This document shows, piece by piece, positions 1 through 9,356 of a stretch of DNA of 64,000 nt. The notes under the pieces are model-generated. The model had not been told where the DNA came from. It ran no database searches and worked only from the letters and a program-made list of their open reading frames with translations. Position numbers and translations under genes: made by a program. Each line of letters opens with the position of its first letter. The first letter of the stretch is position 1. This stretch comes from Patescibacteria group bacterium (lineage in GTDB: Bacteria; Patescibacteriota; Minisyncoccia; Phycocordibacterales; PALSA-1337), in NCBI GenBank assembly GCA_018971685.1, contig JAGXAG010000001.1, forward strand, positions 19,162 to 83,161, written 5' to 3'.

Positions 1-1016
1 ATTATCTCAATTATCATTGGCCGAGAGTTAAGTAAAACTGTCGGATTAATGAAATTGGAGAGAGCAAGTATGATGAACATGAGTAACAGGGTCCAAATAA
101 ACAAGATAAGATAGTAACCAAGATTCCGCTTAGTCATATCGATGTCAGCTTTGAGAAGCGAAATGAACTTGGTCTCCGAACTGATTGCCATAATGAGAGG
201 GGTGAAGATGAATAGCACTACGAAAATTGGGTGAAAATAATATGCGATCCAGCTTAGATTTGAAAACAGCAAGTTGTTAAAAGTAATCATACTGCCAGGC
301 ATTATCATGTGCAGATAATTCGGAAGCAGAATAACCTGATTAACGAAATTCGTTGATATGAAATAAAGCACCAGATTGAATATAAATAATGGCCTGAAGA
401 ATTTTACAGAATGTTCAGATAGGAGTTCGAAAGATATTGGTTCACGTGACAGTAATCTCGAGAGAAGTGCAATAAAAGCTGATTCGACAATTGTCAGTAG
501 CAGAATGGATAGAACCCCTATGCTGACCAGAGCTATTAGGCTTCCCAATAATACCAATATCTGACTCCCTAAAAAGAAGAGAGCAATAAGAGTTATTACC
601 GCCCCAACTAACAGTGCAAGTGCAGAGTAGAGGGCAGTTTTCTTGATAAAACCTGTCGATCGTAAAATCTTAATTTTCTTGAAGAAAAGTAGAAAAGCGA
701 CTACGAGTCCCAGAACACCGAAAAGCGCCGGAAAGGTAGTTGAGCCCAATACACTCAAAGGGTGAATGGAATGAGTAGCATAGAACAACTTTGCAGTAAT
801 TGATTGCTGGACATATTGATTCACCCCGTTGTTAATTATCGTATTCCCGAGTGTTTGAGTAAGCAGAAATTTCTGTCCTATCAGCGAAGGAATTTTGAAA
901 ATAACGTCGCATGCCACGAAAAATAATATCGTGCCATAAAGCCACTTATTATCGATAATTAGCGCGAAAGATTTTTTGTAATCGGCTACGAGTTCCTTTA
1001 GTATGCTGGCGTTCAT
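1..1016 (-). CDS. Polytopic membrane protein, hypothetical (3' end runs off window)
   Basis: Not in the ORF track because there is no stop inside the window. Manual translation from ATG at 1016 gives MNASILKELVADYKKSFALIIDNKWLYGTILFFVACDVIF..., open to base 1, with many hydrophobic segments. Confidence 0.75.
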   Translation of the reverse strand, partial: MNASILKELVADYKKSFALIIDNKWLYGTILFFVACDVIFKIPSLIGQKFLLTQTLGNTIINNGVNQYVQQSITAKLFYATHSIHPLSVLGSTTFPALFGVLGLVVAFLLFFKKIKILRSTGFIKKTALYSALALLVGAVITLIALFFLGSQILVLLGSLIALVSIGVLSILLLTIVESAFIALLSRLLSREPISFELLSEHSVKFFRPLFIFNLVLYFISTNFVNQVILLPNYLHMIMPGSMITFNNLLFSNLSWIAYYFHPIFVVLFIFTPLIMAISSETKFISLLKADIDMTKRNLGYYLILFIWTLLLMFIILALSNFINPTVLLNSRPMIIEI

Positions 1017-1095
1017 TGCTGTATACAGTACATCGCGAATCGATATAAGTAAAGCGCCAATCTTTTAATTATGTTTCAAACGTGGCATAATCGCA

Positions 1096-1578
1096 GTGAT
1101 GAAAATCCGTGTTAAGAAGTCAATTAGGGTGATATTCGCTCTTATCACAGGAGTCTGGATTTTCTTATTCTTAAGTTCGCTTTACTCATCACTCTGGGAG
1201 TTGCCGATCTTGTTAGGAGTGTTAGGTCTATTTTGGATAATTTTGTTCAAAAAGGTCTTGGTTGATTCGAAGATTGAAATCAATGGAAACAAAATAACCA
1301 TTGTCACGCCAAAATTATTTCGGGTGGCGGCTTATAGGAACTTCACACTTGAAAAATATGAATGGCCCTTGGCCGAAATTAAGTCATTGATACTGAAAAG
1401 AGTTAAGAAGCCTATTCAGAATGAAGCAAGCTATATTGGATACGGTCAATTATCTCTGATTGTCAGTACCTCAACCGGTGAGCATATTATTCCGGTAGAT
1501 ACATTTAGTTATGACGCAATGGTTAGATTATTTAAACCTTTTCCGATTTTCAAAGAAGAAAACCCCACCGGTCGGTGA
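1096..1578 (+). CDS. Hypothetical membrane protein (two N-terminal TM helices, soluble C-terminal domain)
   Basis: 160-aa ORF with hydrophobic segments at about aa 12-52; an imperfect hairpin at 1559-1584 overlaps its end. Confidence 0.65.
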   Translation: MMKIRVKKSIRVIFALITGVWIFLFLSSLYSSLWELPILLGVLGLFWIILFKKVLVDSKIEINGNKITIVTPKLFRVAAYRNFTLEKYEWPLAEIKSLILKRVKKPIQNEASYIGYGQLSLIVSTSTGEHIIPVDTFSYDAMVRLFKPFPIFKEENPTGR

Positions 1579-1601
1579 GGTTTTGTGGATCAGTGCCGCA
1601 G

Positions 1602-2165
1602 TCAGGCTGTGCCAATTTCAATGCACGCCATTTTCTGGGGATGATTTGCTAAGCTAATCTTTTTCGAAAGGGCTTCGATCTCTTTTTCAAAACCGACGCT
1701 TGTATGTTCCAGGTCCGGGATCTGAAGGACTTTAACAGGTTCTGGCAATATAATCTCTACCTCCGGACCAGCCTTGCTTTTGACCGCGGAGATGAAGCTT
1801 CGTCTTTGCGTGCAGAAGGGCTCCGGCATTGAATCCCATCCATGGCCCCAGCACTCCATTTCTAACTTTCTCAAAGGCAGGTAGCGGATGAGTAGCTTTG
1901 AAGAAGATATGCGAAGCTCGACATCTTCTCGAGGGTAAAACCTCTGCACCGCAACCTTCATTAAGGTCCGAGGATCACACGTAGCCACTGTGCGGCAATA
2001 CGGACCACCCGGCTCGATGGTTGAGAAAACCAGACCCGGGAAGTGTTTGGTCAAGAGGTCCTTGATTTCAGTCATCGTCAGCACCTCCCGATCGGAATCC
2101 TTTTGACACGAGTCGTCTACGAACTCCTTTAGTCTTGGCAGTAACATTGAATTTTCAATTTTCAT
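1602..2165 (-). CDS. Hypothetical protein
   Basis: ORF 1602..2198; the start at 2165 (MKIENS) is preceded by an AAGGAG SD-like motif. Confidence 0.55.
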   Translation of the reverse strand: MKIENSMLLPRLKEFVDDSCQKDSDREVLTMTEIKDLLTKHFPGLVFSTIEPGGPYCRTVATCDPRTLMKVAVQRFYPREDVELRISSSKLLIRYLPLRKLEMECWGHGWDSMPEPFCTQRRSFISAVKSKAGPEVEIILPEPVKVLQIPDLEHTSVGFEKEIEALSKKISLANHPQKMACIEIGTA

Positions 2166-2175
2166 ACAAGTCTCC

Positions 2176-2811
2176 TTATGACGGTTTGACCAGCCCACCT
2201 TCTACCCATTCGATGACACGATAATCGCCGAAGCAACTATCGTTACGCCATTCATTGCAATCCGATAGGGAGCTCCACTCCCAGTTGATTCCATGCCATC
2301 TCATGCAGCGAATGTCCTGCCGGTGTTGCAGACCCAACATCGCTCCATTGGACGTGAAGCCCAGCACTGTTCCGAAGAAGTAGATTTCAAACTCTCTCCA
2401 CTCGACGGGAATCAGGTATGGGTATTGAAGCAGATAATCCAAAAGGTTTGTGTTACATGTAGGCCTGCCGCGAAGCACAGGAATCATTTGACCGATCGTG
2501 GGGAACTTATTTCCTCTTTTCGGTTCAGGTAGACATTCCGGAATGCTTAACCGGACTGCGTCGGGAGCCCAAGTGCGACGCCCCTGCTTCACGTGTTCAT
2601 CAACTCCAAACTGATTCGGAACAAACGGATCAGCATCGCAGTCGATCGTGTGAACGATGTTTTCCCAGCACGGCTGCTTACGTAGGTATCGATTGAGTTG
2701 GTATTCATATTCTGGACCATCTTCACCTGTCACTTTGATCATCAGGTCAGTAAACGGTCCGCGCCAGAACTTGCGGAGCGTTTCTGGATTACCGAGTATG
2801 TTGGTAGACAT
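2176..2811 (-). CDS. Parcubacteria-type hypothetical protein with Trp-rich C-terminus
   Basis: Motifs IDCDADPFVP, NLLDYLLQYPYLIPVEW, IRCMRWHGINWEW. Start MSTNIL at 2811 has AAGGA upstream. Confidence 0.7.
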   Translation of the reverse strand: MSTNILGNPETLRKFWRGPFTDLMIKVTGEDGPEYEYQLNRYLRKQPCWENIVHTIDCDADPFVPNQFGVDEHVKQGRRTWAPDAVRLSIPECLPEPKRGNKFPTIGQMIPVLRGRPTCNTNLLDYLLQYPYLIPVEWREFEIYFFGTVLGFTSNGAMLGLQHRQDIRCMRWHGINWEWSSLSDCNEWRNDSCFGDYRVIEWVEGGLVKPS

Positions 2812-3098
2812 AGTCAGTTCCTTTCGTTTTTCGAGGTTCTTGTTGCTGGACTCTTCGCCACAGCGGAAGCTTAACTTCTGACATAACAATACCATTTCTG
2901 TAAGGAATCGTCAATCCCACCCTGTTTTGTACCCCGTTATTGCCACCTGTTCGCCCCTGTGTGCGCTTTTCAGTGCGGAATTGGCCGTTTCCACGCCTTC
3001 GGGCAAGTTCATGCCGGTGTGCCCGAATTTTGCCTAAGTTGCCTATTGCGGAAAAGCTCGGTCGAGAGTTAGGATGGATTTACGTAAAAGAACGCCAT

Positions 3099-3374
3099 AT
3101 GACTACGAACGCCAATGACATCGATGCCGGTATTAAACTCCTTTTAGAAAAGCTATCTGAAGAATTTGAGATAGTAAAAAGGCAGGGTTTTCCTGCAAAA
3201 GCATATTTTCGTTCGTATCCGCCTCGAACGTGTGATGTAAGCATTCCAAGTCCGAGGTGGCATGCCTGGGCTCGTGAGCTCGATGTTGATGAAGTCCGAT
3301 TCGAAGCGTTGATAAAAATTCTGGCAAAAGAAGGTTTTCTGGAAGGTTATAAATTTATCTCTGAAAGCCAATGA
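3099..3374 (+). CDS. Hypothetical protein (island)
   Basis: In-frame ATG at 3099 within ORF 2940..3374; the stop overlaps the next start (ATGA). Confidence 0.5.
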   Translation: MTTNANDIDAGIKLLLEKLSEEFEIVKRQGFPAKAYFRSYPPRTCDVSIPSPRWHAWARELDVDEVRFEALIKILAKEGFLEGYKFISESQ

Positions 3375-4372
3375 TTAATCTTGAATTATGGTTTCCAGAA
3401 GATTTCGACAAGCGATATGCAAAATATCGTGAGGATCATGTTGAAAATAAAATGCCGGAACCTTTCTTTTCCGAACGTTTGCAGAATGAACGAAAAAATA
3501 TCTTATCTATAAAAACCGAAGATGATTTCCGAAATGAAATTGAAAAGTGGAGTCCCCTTAAAACCATTATTGATGCCATTCATAAAGACCTCTCTCCATT
3601 TTTGCCTAGTAGCGCTCAAGTAATAAATATCGACCTTACAAAATTGGGAATCTCTGAAAAGGAAGCTGGTCATATTTTGATGATGCTGGCCTACGAGCGA
3701 ATTTGCAGATGGAAAATAAATAAGAGCTCGGCAGTCATATCAACAGAGGCTCTGGCGGGGTATTTAGGCGGAAACGGCATCGTCATTCCTGACTACGATA
3801 AATTTCAAGGATTTAGGAAAGAGGTTATGGATTTCTATGAATTTTTAGAGGATCAGAGAAACCAGAAATTTCCGAAAAGTAATGCGGCGAAGGCGGAAAA
3901 TGTGAAGAATAATAAACAGGAATCTGCGGCTGATTCCGACGTAATTGATGAGACTGTAAAAAGAGTGGCCGTATGGGGCGGAGAAACTGTATCCGATTTA
4001 CCACTGATTACCTATAACGAGGTCACTGGCAAAGGTGAGGTTATTGGTAAAAAGAAATTCAAGTTTAAAGACGGTAGCCCGGAGTATAAGATTTTCAATA
4101 TGCTTTATGCCAAGCTGGCTAAAAAGACCGCCAAACTCGAGCGGCAGGACGTGCTGATAGCCGGTGGTTTTTACAAGGATTATGAGGAGCCTGACCCGAC
4201 ACGAAAAACAAACGAAACAGCATTCATAAACGAGGTAGCTAAATCTATCAGAGAAAAGACTGGTTTGGATACCGAGGAGCTCGTGAATAATAACGGCAGT
4301 TTAACCTTGCTCGTCTTGCGGCAGGATAAGAATCCACCAAAAGTCACCAAGTTCGTCCCGGTCTGGGGCTAA
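3371..4372 (+). CDS. Hypothetical protein, probable C-terminal winged-helix DNA-binding domain
   Basis: 333-aa ORF. The C-terminus (FKDGSPEYKIFNMLY...INEVAKSIREKTGL...LVNNNGSLTL) has an OmpR-like wHTH pattern (inference). Confidence 0.6.
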   Translation: MINLELWFPEDFDKRYAKYREDHVENKMPEPFFSERLQNERKNILSIKTEDDFRNEIEKWSPLKTIIDAIHKDLSPFLPSSAQVINIDLTKLGISEKEAGHILMMLAYERICRWKINKSSAVISTEALAGYLGGNGIVIPDYDKFQGFRKEVMDFYEFLEDQRNQKFPKSNAAKAENVKNNKQESAADSDVIDETVKRVAVWGGETVSDLPLITYNEVTGKGEVIGKKKFKFKDGSPEYKIFNMLYAKLAKKTAKLERQDVLIAGGFYKDYEEPDPTRKTNETAFINEVAKSIREKTGLDTEELVNNNGSLTLLVLRQDKNPPKVTKFVPVWG

Positions 4373-4539
4373 ATCGCACCAGATTGCCTCTAAATTAAAA
4401 GCTTGCTCAAGAACATAATCTGGCAAGCCCAGCTTTTTTCATTCAGCCAAATCCGAACGCCATGCGGAGAAGTCAATTTTTTGCATAGTCCGTCCTTACT
4501 GGCGTTCGGAACGGATTATGCAAAAAGCGGGCTTCTTAC

Positions 4540-4722
4540 ATGCTGCCACAAGAAGCCATAGATGAGTTCAAAAAGCTCTATAAGGCACGCTTCGGGGTCG
4601 ATCTCACCAATGAGGAAGCGTCTTTCCGAGCCAATAACCTCGTGAATCTGTACGAGGCTGTTTATGATACTTCCTGTGGCAAGCAAAGCGAGGCTCCTGA
4701 ATCTAAACCATGCCAGCCATGA
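4540..4722 (+). CDS. Small conserved CPR mobile-element protein
   Basis: MLPQEAIDEFKKLYKARFGVDLTNEEA...LVNLYEAV, a pattern I recognise from small genes upstream of CPR serine recombinases. Confidence 0.65.
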   Translation: MLPQEAIDEFKKLYKARFGVDLTNEEASFRANNLVNLYEAVYDTSCGKQSEAPESKPCQP

Positions 4723-5135
4723 CCAGATTCAACCCTCAAATTATCAGCCGACATTTGAGCTACACCTTGCCGGAAATTGCAGCGAAACTCCACATGACCA
4801 AGAAATCTCTATATCGATGGATTGACGAGGGTCTGCCGATCGTTCCGGGCCAGAGGAAACCCATCCTGATCCATGGCGATGACCTCAAGACGTTCATCAA
4901 TGCCCGCAATTCGAGACATAAAGTGAAGCTGAAAAGACACGAGTTCTACTGCTTCAGATGCAGGGCTCCGAGGCAAGCAAAGAGGGGTACGATAACAAAG
5001 TCCGGCTATACGAGAAGTGGTGAGTGCAGTGTTTGTAACGGCAAAATGCAGAGGAAATTTAGACCCTATCAAAAGGACTATCACATATCCTCATCTCCCG
5101 TCCAAATGTCCACATTGTTCGATAATCTGACATAA
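4719..5135 (+). CDS. Excisionase-like HTH protein with C-terminal Zn ribbon
   Basis: SYTLPEIAAKLHMTKKSLYRWIDEGL (HTH_17/MerR-like), plus CFRC and CSVC; ATGA coupling to the upstream gene. Confidence 0.75.
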   Translation: MTRFNPQIISRHLSYTLPEIAAKLHMTKKSLYRWIDEGLPIVPGQRKPILIHGDDLKTFINARNSRHKVKLKRHEFYCFRCRAPRQAKRGTITKSGYTRSGECSVCNGKMQRKFRPYQKDYHISSSPVQMSTLFDNLT

Positions 5136-5142
5136 CACCAAA

Positions 5143-6291
5143 ATGACAAAAATTAGTGAGAAAAATGAGCCTGAAAAGCTCACCGAGGATACTTCGATTC
5201 CGTACCGAAATGAGCAGGCCAAAAGACGCTTCTTCGAGCACCTTTCTGGCGGTGAAGGGTTCGCCGGTGAGTCGGTTTCAACCTTTGCCGAGGCTGTCGG
5301 CCAATGGCAGCAGTTCTCCAAAAATGATGACTTTGTTAATTTCGATAGAAGTAAGGCAACGGAGTTCGTGGCTTGGCAGAAAACGCGTCCGACCAAAGCC
5401 AAAGGCGGAAAGCTCGCATTGCAGACGCAATATAATTATCTTCGCCGCATCAAGCGATTCTTTATGTGGCTTGCGGAGCAGAAAGATTACAAGAAAATTA
5501 AGAAGGATGACATCGATTATCTGCGCCTGCCAAGAAAAGAGGCTCGAATGGCCACTGCCGGCACGACCAGAGTGATGCCGACGTTCGAGGAAGTGAAGCG
5601 GATCATAATGAGTATCCATCCGAAGAATGAAATCGATGAGCGTGATCGCGCCATATTGAGCTTAGCTTTGATAACTGGCATGCGCATATCGGCCATAGCA
5701 ACCTTGAAGATGAAGAACTTCAACCGAGCAGATAAGCTCTTTGATCAGAACCCAGGCGATGGCGTGTTGACCAAGAACTCAAAGAAAATCCTGACCACGT
5801 TCTTTCCGATCGGCTGGGATGAGCCGGAGCGATTCTTTCTCGACTGGTATGACCACTTGGTATCAAAAGGAGCAAAGCCAGATAGCCCGATATTTCCATC
5901 GACTCTCAAAGGATTTTCGGGCAAGAATGATTACAGCAAGACTCTTGTAAGCGATGAGAGCTGGGCCAGCTCGAGCGGTGCCAGGAAGATATTTGAGAAG
6001 CGATGTAAGGCTGCCGGTGTAACTTACTTCAATCCGCATTCGTTCCGGCATCTCATCGTAAACTATATGAGCAAGGCCAGATTGACTGAGGAAGAAAAGA
6101 AAGCCATCAGTATGAACCTCGGACATGAGAATGTCGGCACAACATTCGGTTCCTATGGTTACGGAAATATGACACCCATTGATGCCGTTCATATCGTGCA
6201 GAAGCTAACGATGACTCCGACCAACGGCCAGAGCGTCATTATTACTCCCGAGGAAAAAGCTGCACTCGAGAAATTATTGAAACGTCTATGA
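5143..6291 (+). CDS. Tyrosine recombinase/integrase
   Basis: Catalytic motifs TGMRIS (R), K, HSFRH, LGH and a downstream Y (SYGY). Confidence 0.9.
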   Translation: MTKISEKNEPEKLTEDTSIPYRNEQAKRRFFEHLSGGEGFAGESVSTFAEAVGQWQQFSKNDDFVNFDRSKATEFVAWQKTRPTKAKGGKLALQTQYNYLRRIKRFFMWLAEQKDYKKIKKDDIDYLRLPRKEARMATAGTTRVMPTFEEVKRIIMSIHPKNEIDERDRAILSLALITGMRISAIATLKMKNFNRADKLFDQNPGDGVLTKNSKKILTTFFPIGWDEPERFFLDWYDHLVSKGAKPDSPIFPSTLKGFSGKNDYSKTLVSDESWASSSGARKIFEKRCKAAGVTYFNPHSFRHLIVNYMSKARLTEEEKKAISMNLGHENVGTTFGSYGYGNMTPIDAVHIVQKLTMTPTNGQSVIITPEEKAALEKLLKRL

Positions 6292-6337
6292 AGAAAATCA
6301 GCTTGGCTTCCATGCCAAATAAGCACATAATATCAAC

Positions 6338-7963
6338 ATGAAGAACGCCAAGGAAACGCCAGTCAAATACTTCCTGTATGCCAGGAAATCGACCGAATCA
6401 GAAGACCGGCAGGTGCTTTCGATTGAGTCGCAAATCGACGAGCTGAAAGCTATCGCTGACCGAGAGAACATAAAAATTATCGAAGTGCTCCACGAATCGC
6501 GGTCCGCTAAGGCTCTTGGCCGACCAGTATTCAACGATATGATTGACCGCATCAATCGTGGAGAGGCTACCGGCATCCTATGCTGGAAGCTCGATCGCCT
6601 GGCTCGTAATTTCATTGACGCGGGCAAGGTCATCGAGATGTTGCAGCACAGCGTCATTCGGCACATCCGAAGCTATGAAAAAAGCTACTATCCGCAAGAT
6701 AACGTGCTCATGATGAGCCTCGAGTTCGGCGTGGCCAACCAATTCTCCCGCGACCTTGCGGTGAATGTGAACCGAGGCATGAAGAAAAAGGCCGAAATGG
6801 GCTGGTATCCGGTCCAACCACCAATCGGCTATCTGAACAGTAAGAATAAGGGCAAAGGCAAGAACGACATCTCAAAAGACACCGAGCGATACGACATCGT
6901 GCGAAAAGTCTTTGATCTTATGTTGACTGGCACGATGTCAGCTCATCAAGTCTGGCTGACTGCTACGGAAAAATATGGACTGCGAACACGGAAAGATAAG
7001 CTGATTTGCCGCAGCTCGATTTACTACGTGCTGACCAATCCTTTTTACTACGGCATGTTTGAGTGGCCACGAGGAAGCGGGACGTGGTATCGAGGAGCGC
7101 ATGAACCGATGATTACTGAAGAAGAATACGATCGCATTCAGATATTGCTCGGCAGAAAGGGCAAGCCTCGCCCAAAGAGTCACATCTTCGACTTCACCGG
7201 CATGTTTCGATGTGGAGAGTGCGGCGGCGTCATCACGGCAGAGGAGAAGATAAAGCGACCAAAGAACGGAAACGTGCATCGCTACATTTATTATCACTGC
7301 ACAAAGCGTGTCCATCCCGACTGCACGCAAGGCTCTATTGAAGTGACGGAGCTGAAGAAGCAGATCATCAAAAAGATTGAATCCTTGGAGATTCCTCCAG
7401 AGTTCCACACCTATGCCTTAAAATGGTTCAGGAAGAAGAACGAAAAGGACGTTGAGACGAATACAACGATTCTATCCGCGCAACAGAAGGCCTACGATGC
7501 CTGCGTACGAAAAATCGGCGCATTGATTGATATGCGTGCCACCAACGAGATTACATCCGAGGAGTTCGCCGATAGGAAGACATACCTCGTAAAGGAAAAG
7601 AGTCGACTTGAAGAGCTCCTGAACGATACCGGCGATCGCGTCAATAAACAACTTCAGAACGCCGATGATCTATTCACGTTCCTGCGCGATGTTGTCGAAA
7701 AGTTCAATACCAAAGGTTTTGAGACCAGAAGACGCATACTTTCGACACTTGGTCAGAACCTTTTGCTAAAGGACAAAATACTAAGCATTGACTGGGAGAA
7801 ATCGCTGTTGCCATCACAAAAGCTCGCCGGTGAAGTGAAGAAAATCCACGAACGGTTAGAACCTACAAAAAACAAGATGTCACAAGGAGATTTGGAAGAA
7901 ATCTACTCCAAAAATCCAATAGTGTGCGCCCAGTTGGAGTCGAACCAACGACCCACTCCTTAA
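6338..7963 (+). CDS. Large serine recombinase (resolvase + recombinase + Zn-ribbon + coiled coil)
   Basis: YARKST catalytic Ser motif, WKLDRLARN, CGECG...YYHC...C; the C-terminus overlaps tRNA-Lys antisense. Confidence 0.93.
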   Translation: MKNAKETPVKYFLYARKSTESEDRQVLSIESQIDELKAIADRENIKIIEVLHESRSAKALGRPVFNDMIDRINRGEATGILCWKLDRLARNFIDAGKVIEMLQHSVIRHIRSYEKSYYPQDNVLMMSLEFGVANQFSRDLAVNVNRGMKKKAEMGWYPVQPPIGYLNSKNKGKGKNDISKDTERYDIVRKVFDLMLTGTMSAHQVWLTATEKYGLRTRKDKLICRSSIYYVLTNPFYYGMFEWPRGSGTWYRGAHEPMITEEEYDRIQILLGRKGKPRPKSHIFDFTGMFRCGECGGVITAEEKIKRPKNGNVHRYIYYHCTKRVHPDCTQGSIEVTELKKQIIKKIESLEIPPEFHTYALKWFRKKNEKDVETNTTILSAQQKAYDACVRKIGALIDMRATNEITSEEFADRKTYLVKEKSRLEELLNDTGDRVNKQLQNADDLFTFLRDVVEKFNTKGFETRRRILSTLGQNLLLKDKILSIDWEKSLLPSQKLAGEVKKIHERLEPTKNKMSQGDLEEIYSKNPIVCAQLESNQRPTP

Positions 7964-7997
7964 AAGGGAGTTGCTCTACCAGCTGAGCTATGGGCGC
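7925..7997 (-). tRNA. tRNA-Lys(TTT)
   Basis: Reverse complement GCGCCCATAGCTCAGCTGGTAGAGCAACTCC-CTTTTAA-GGAGTGGGTCGTTGGTTCGACTCCAACTGGGCGCA forms a full cloverleaf; CCA is not encoded. Confidence 0.95.
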
Positions 7998-8087
7998 ATA
8001 CATTACATGTTCAACAATAACACGGGTTCCGCACTCGATCAAACCAATGCGCGATCAGACACAATAGTCAGATCAGTCAACACGCCG

Positions 8088-8825
8088 TCACAACTCCGAT
8101 TTAATCCCGAGCAACAGTCTTTCGATGCCAAGTTCAAGGTCAATAGCGCCGCGATGAGCGTCGTGGTAGAGAACGGTCAAATTCCGAAGGAGTGAGTGCA
8201 GTTCGACCGACGAATAATTGGCGGCATACCTTTTCGATTTGTTGAAAACGAACGGGTTCATGTCCGATTCGACGACACTTTTTGATTTTGCCGCGACCGC
8301 CATCGATTTTGCTTGCCAGAATAAAGTGCCGACAATATTTTCCGGCTCAGTGCCGGCACCGATCGCTTCGCAGTAGAGCGACCAGGCCTTGAATGAATCG
8401 CGCGCGCCGAGCGCGTCCGCGAGCGCAAATATGCTTTTGCCGTCGGCTTTTCCGGCGCCAAACGAGACGGCATCGTCGTTTTCAACTGACCTTTCCGCGT
8501 GTTTTTCGAACGCTTTTTTCAATTCCGCGTTCAATCTGCCCTCGAGCACGATAAATATGTTCGCCGATTCATTCATAGCCTCGGCAAAACCGGCAATTTG
8601 TTCCTTGGCCTCGATGTTTTCCGCAACCCGGTCTAGGAATATTATGTATTTATTCGAGAACAGCCCTTGGCCGTCCAAGTGTTCCTCTATTGTCGCCGGA
8701 CTCCAATGATCCGCATCGATTGCCACAAAAGCCGCGTCGGGACGCTTGCTTTTCAGTGAATTCAAAAGTGTGTGCGCCTTTTTCGCGCTTAACTCCGTGT
8801 TTTGGCCGTGAAAAACATATAACAT
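8088..8825 (-). CDS. holA: DNA polymerase III delta subunit-like protein
   Basis: MLYVFHGQN..., GLFSNKYIIFL, IFALADALGARD, C-terminal LELGIERLLL; compact CPR HolA architecture. Confidence 0.7.
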   Translation of the reverse strand: MLYVFHGQNTELSAKKAHTLLNSLKSKRPDAAFVAIDADHWSPATIEEHLDGQGLFSNKYIIFLDRVAENIEAKEQIAGFAEAMNESANIFIVLEGRLNAELKKAFEKHAERSVENDDAVSFGAGKADGKSIFALADALGARDSFKAWSLYCEAIGAGTEPENIVGTLFWQAKSMAVAAKSKSVVESDMNPFVFNKSKRYAANYSSVELHSLLRNLTVLYHDAHRGAIDLELGIERLLLGIKSEL

Positions 8826-8833
8826 GGCGGCTA

Positions 8834-9289
8834 TTATTTGTGCATGTCCGACATGTGTATCGATCTGTCGTTTTCGCCGACAGCTTCAAACTCGATCAGG
8901 CGTGTATTGTTCGGCAATATTTCTTTTACTTTTTCCATCCACTCGATCAAGATCAGATTGCCTTCGTCTGCCACAATGTCTTCGAAACCAAGCACCGCCA
9001 GCTCCCTGCCCTCTTCCAATCTATAAGCGTCTATGTGAACCAGTTTTTTCCAAGGTCCGATCTTGGGATCATACAACTTCATGATGACGAAAGTCGGACT
9101 GGTTACCTGTTCGACCACTCCCAATTCCGCGGCAACCGCCTGGGCAAATGCCGTCTTGCCCGAACCCAGATGGCCGGAAAGGCCTACAACTGTCGCTTCA
9201 TCCGCGCTTTTCTCGAACGAAATCACGGTCAGACAGTGGCGGGCGATTTCGCGCGTTTGTTCTGGTGAATGTGAGATGAACAATTTCAT
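8834..9289 (-). CDS. tsaE: tRNA t6A37 biosynthesis ATPase TsaE
   Basis: LSGHLGSGKT, VTSPTF, HIDAYRL, LIEW. Confidence 0.93.
   Translation of the reverse strand: MKLFISHSPEQTREIARHCLTVISFEKSADEATVVGLSGHLGSGKTAFAQAVAAELGVVEQVTSPTFVIMKLYDPKIGPWKKLVHIDAYRLEEGRELAVLGFEDIVADEGNLILIEWMEKVKEILPNNTRLIEFEAVGENDRSIHMSDMHK
8840..8859 (-). repeat. GTC-G-GAC palindromic repeat (variant ACACATGTC-G-GACATGCAC) encoding the TsaE C-terminus
   Basis: The + strand reads gtgcatgtccgacatgtgta and encodes HMSDMH on the - strand; GTGCATGTCCGA is identical to the loop of the polA hairpin. Confidence 0.6.
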
Positions 9290-9356
9290 AAAATATTTAC
9301 TCCGCTAACGGATTCTCGCTTTCACGGGAATAATAAACCCTTTCAACTATGCACAT

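Larger units (their letters stand above)
3099..7963 (+). mobile_element. Integrative element/genomic island at the tRNA-Lys 3' end (large serine recombinase plus nested HTH-tyrosine recombinase module); left boundary uncertain
   Basis: Two recombinases, an excisionase-like HTH gene and co-oriented hypothetical genes abut the tRNA-Lys 3' end. Confidence 0.7.

Noticed and set aside
2916-2961. CCCTGTT-like short direct repeats (iteron-like)
   Set aside because: They are degenerate with irregular spacing (10-13 nt), and no rep gene was recognised.
2959-2966. GTGTGCGC matching the tRNA-Lys 3' junction (possible left att)
   Set aside because: It is only 8 bp and the same word occurs inside holA (~8770), so it cannot be told from chance without an empty-site genome.
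9093-9100. GTCGGAC core inside tsaE (and GTCCGAC in the integrase at ~5387)
   Set aside because: It encodes the conserved SPTF motif and lacks extended arms, so it is coincidental.
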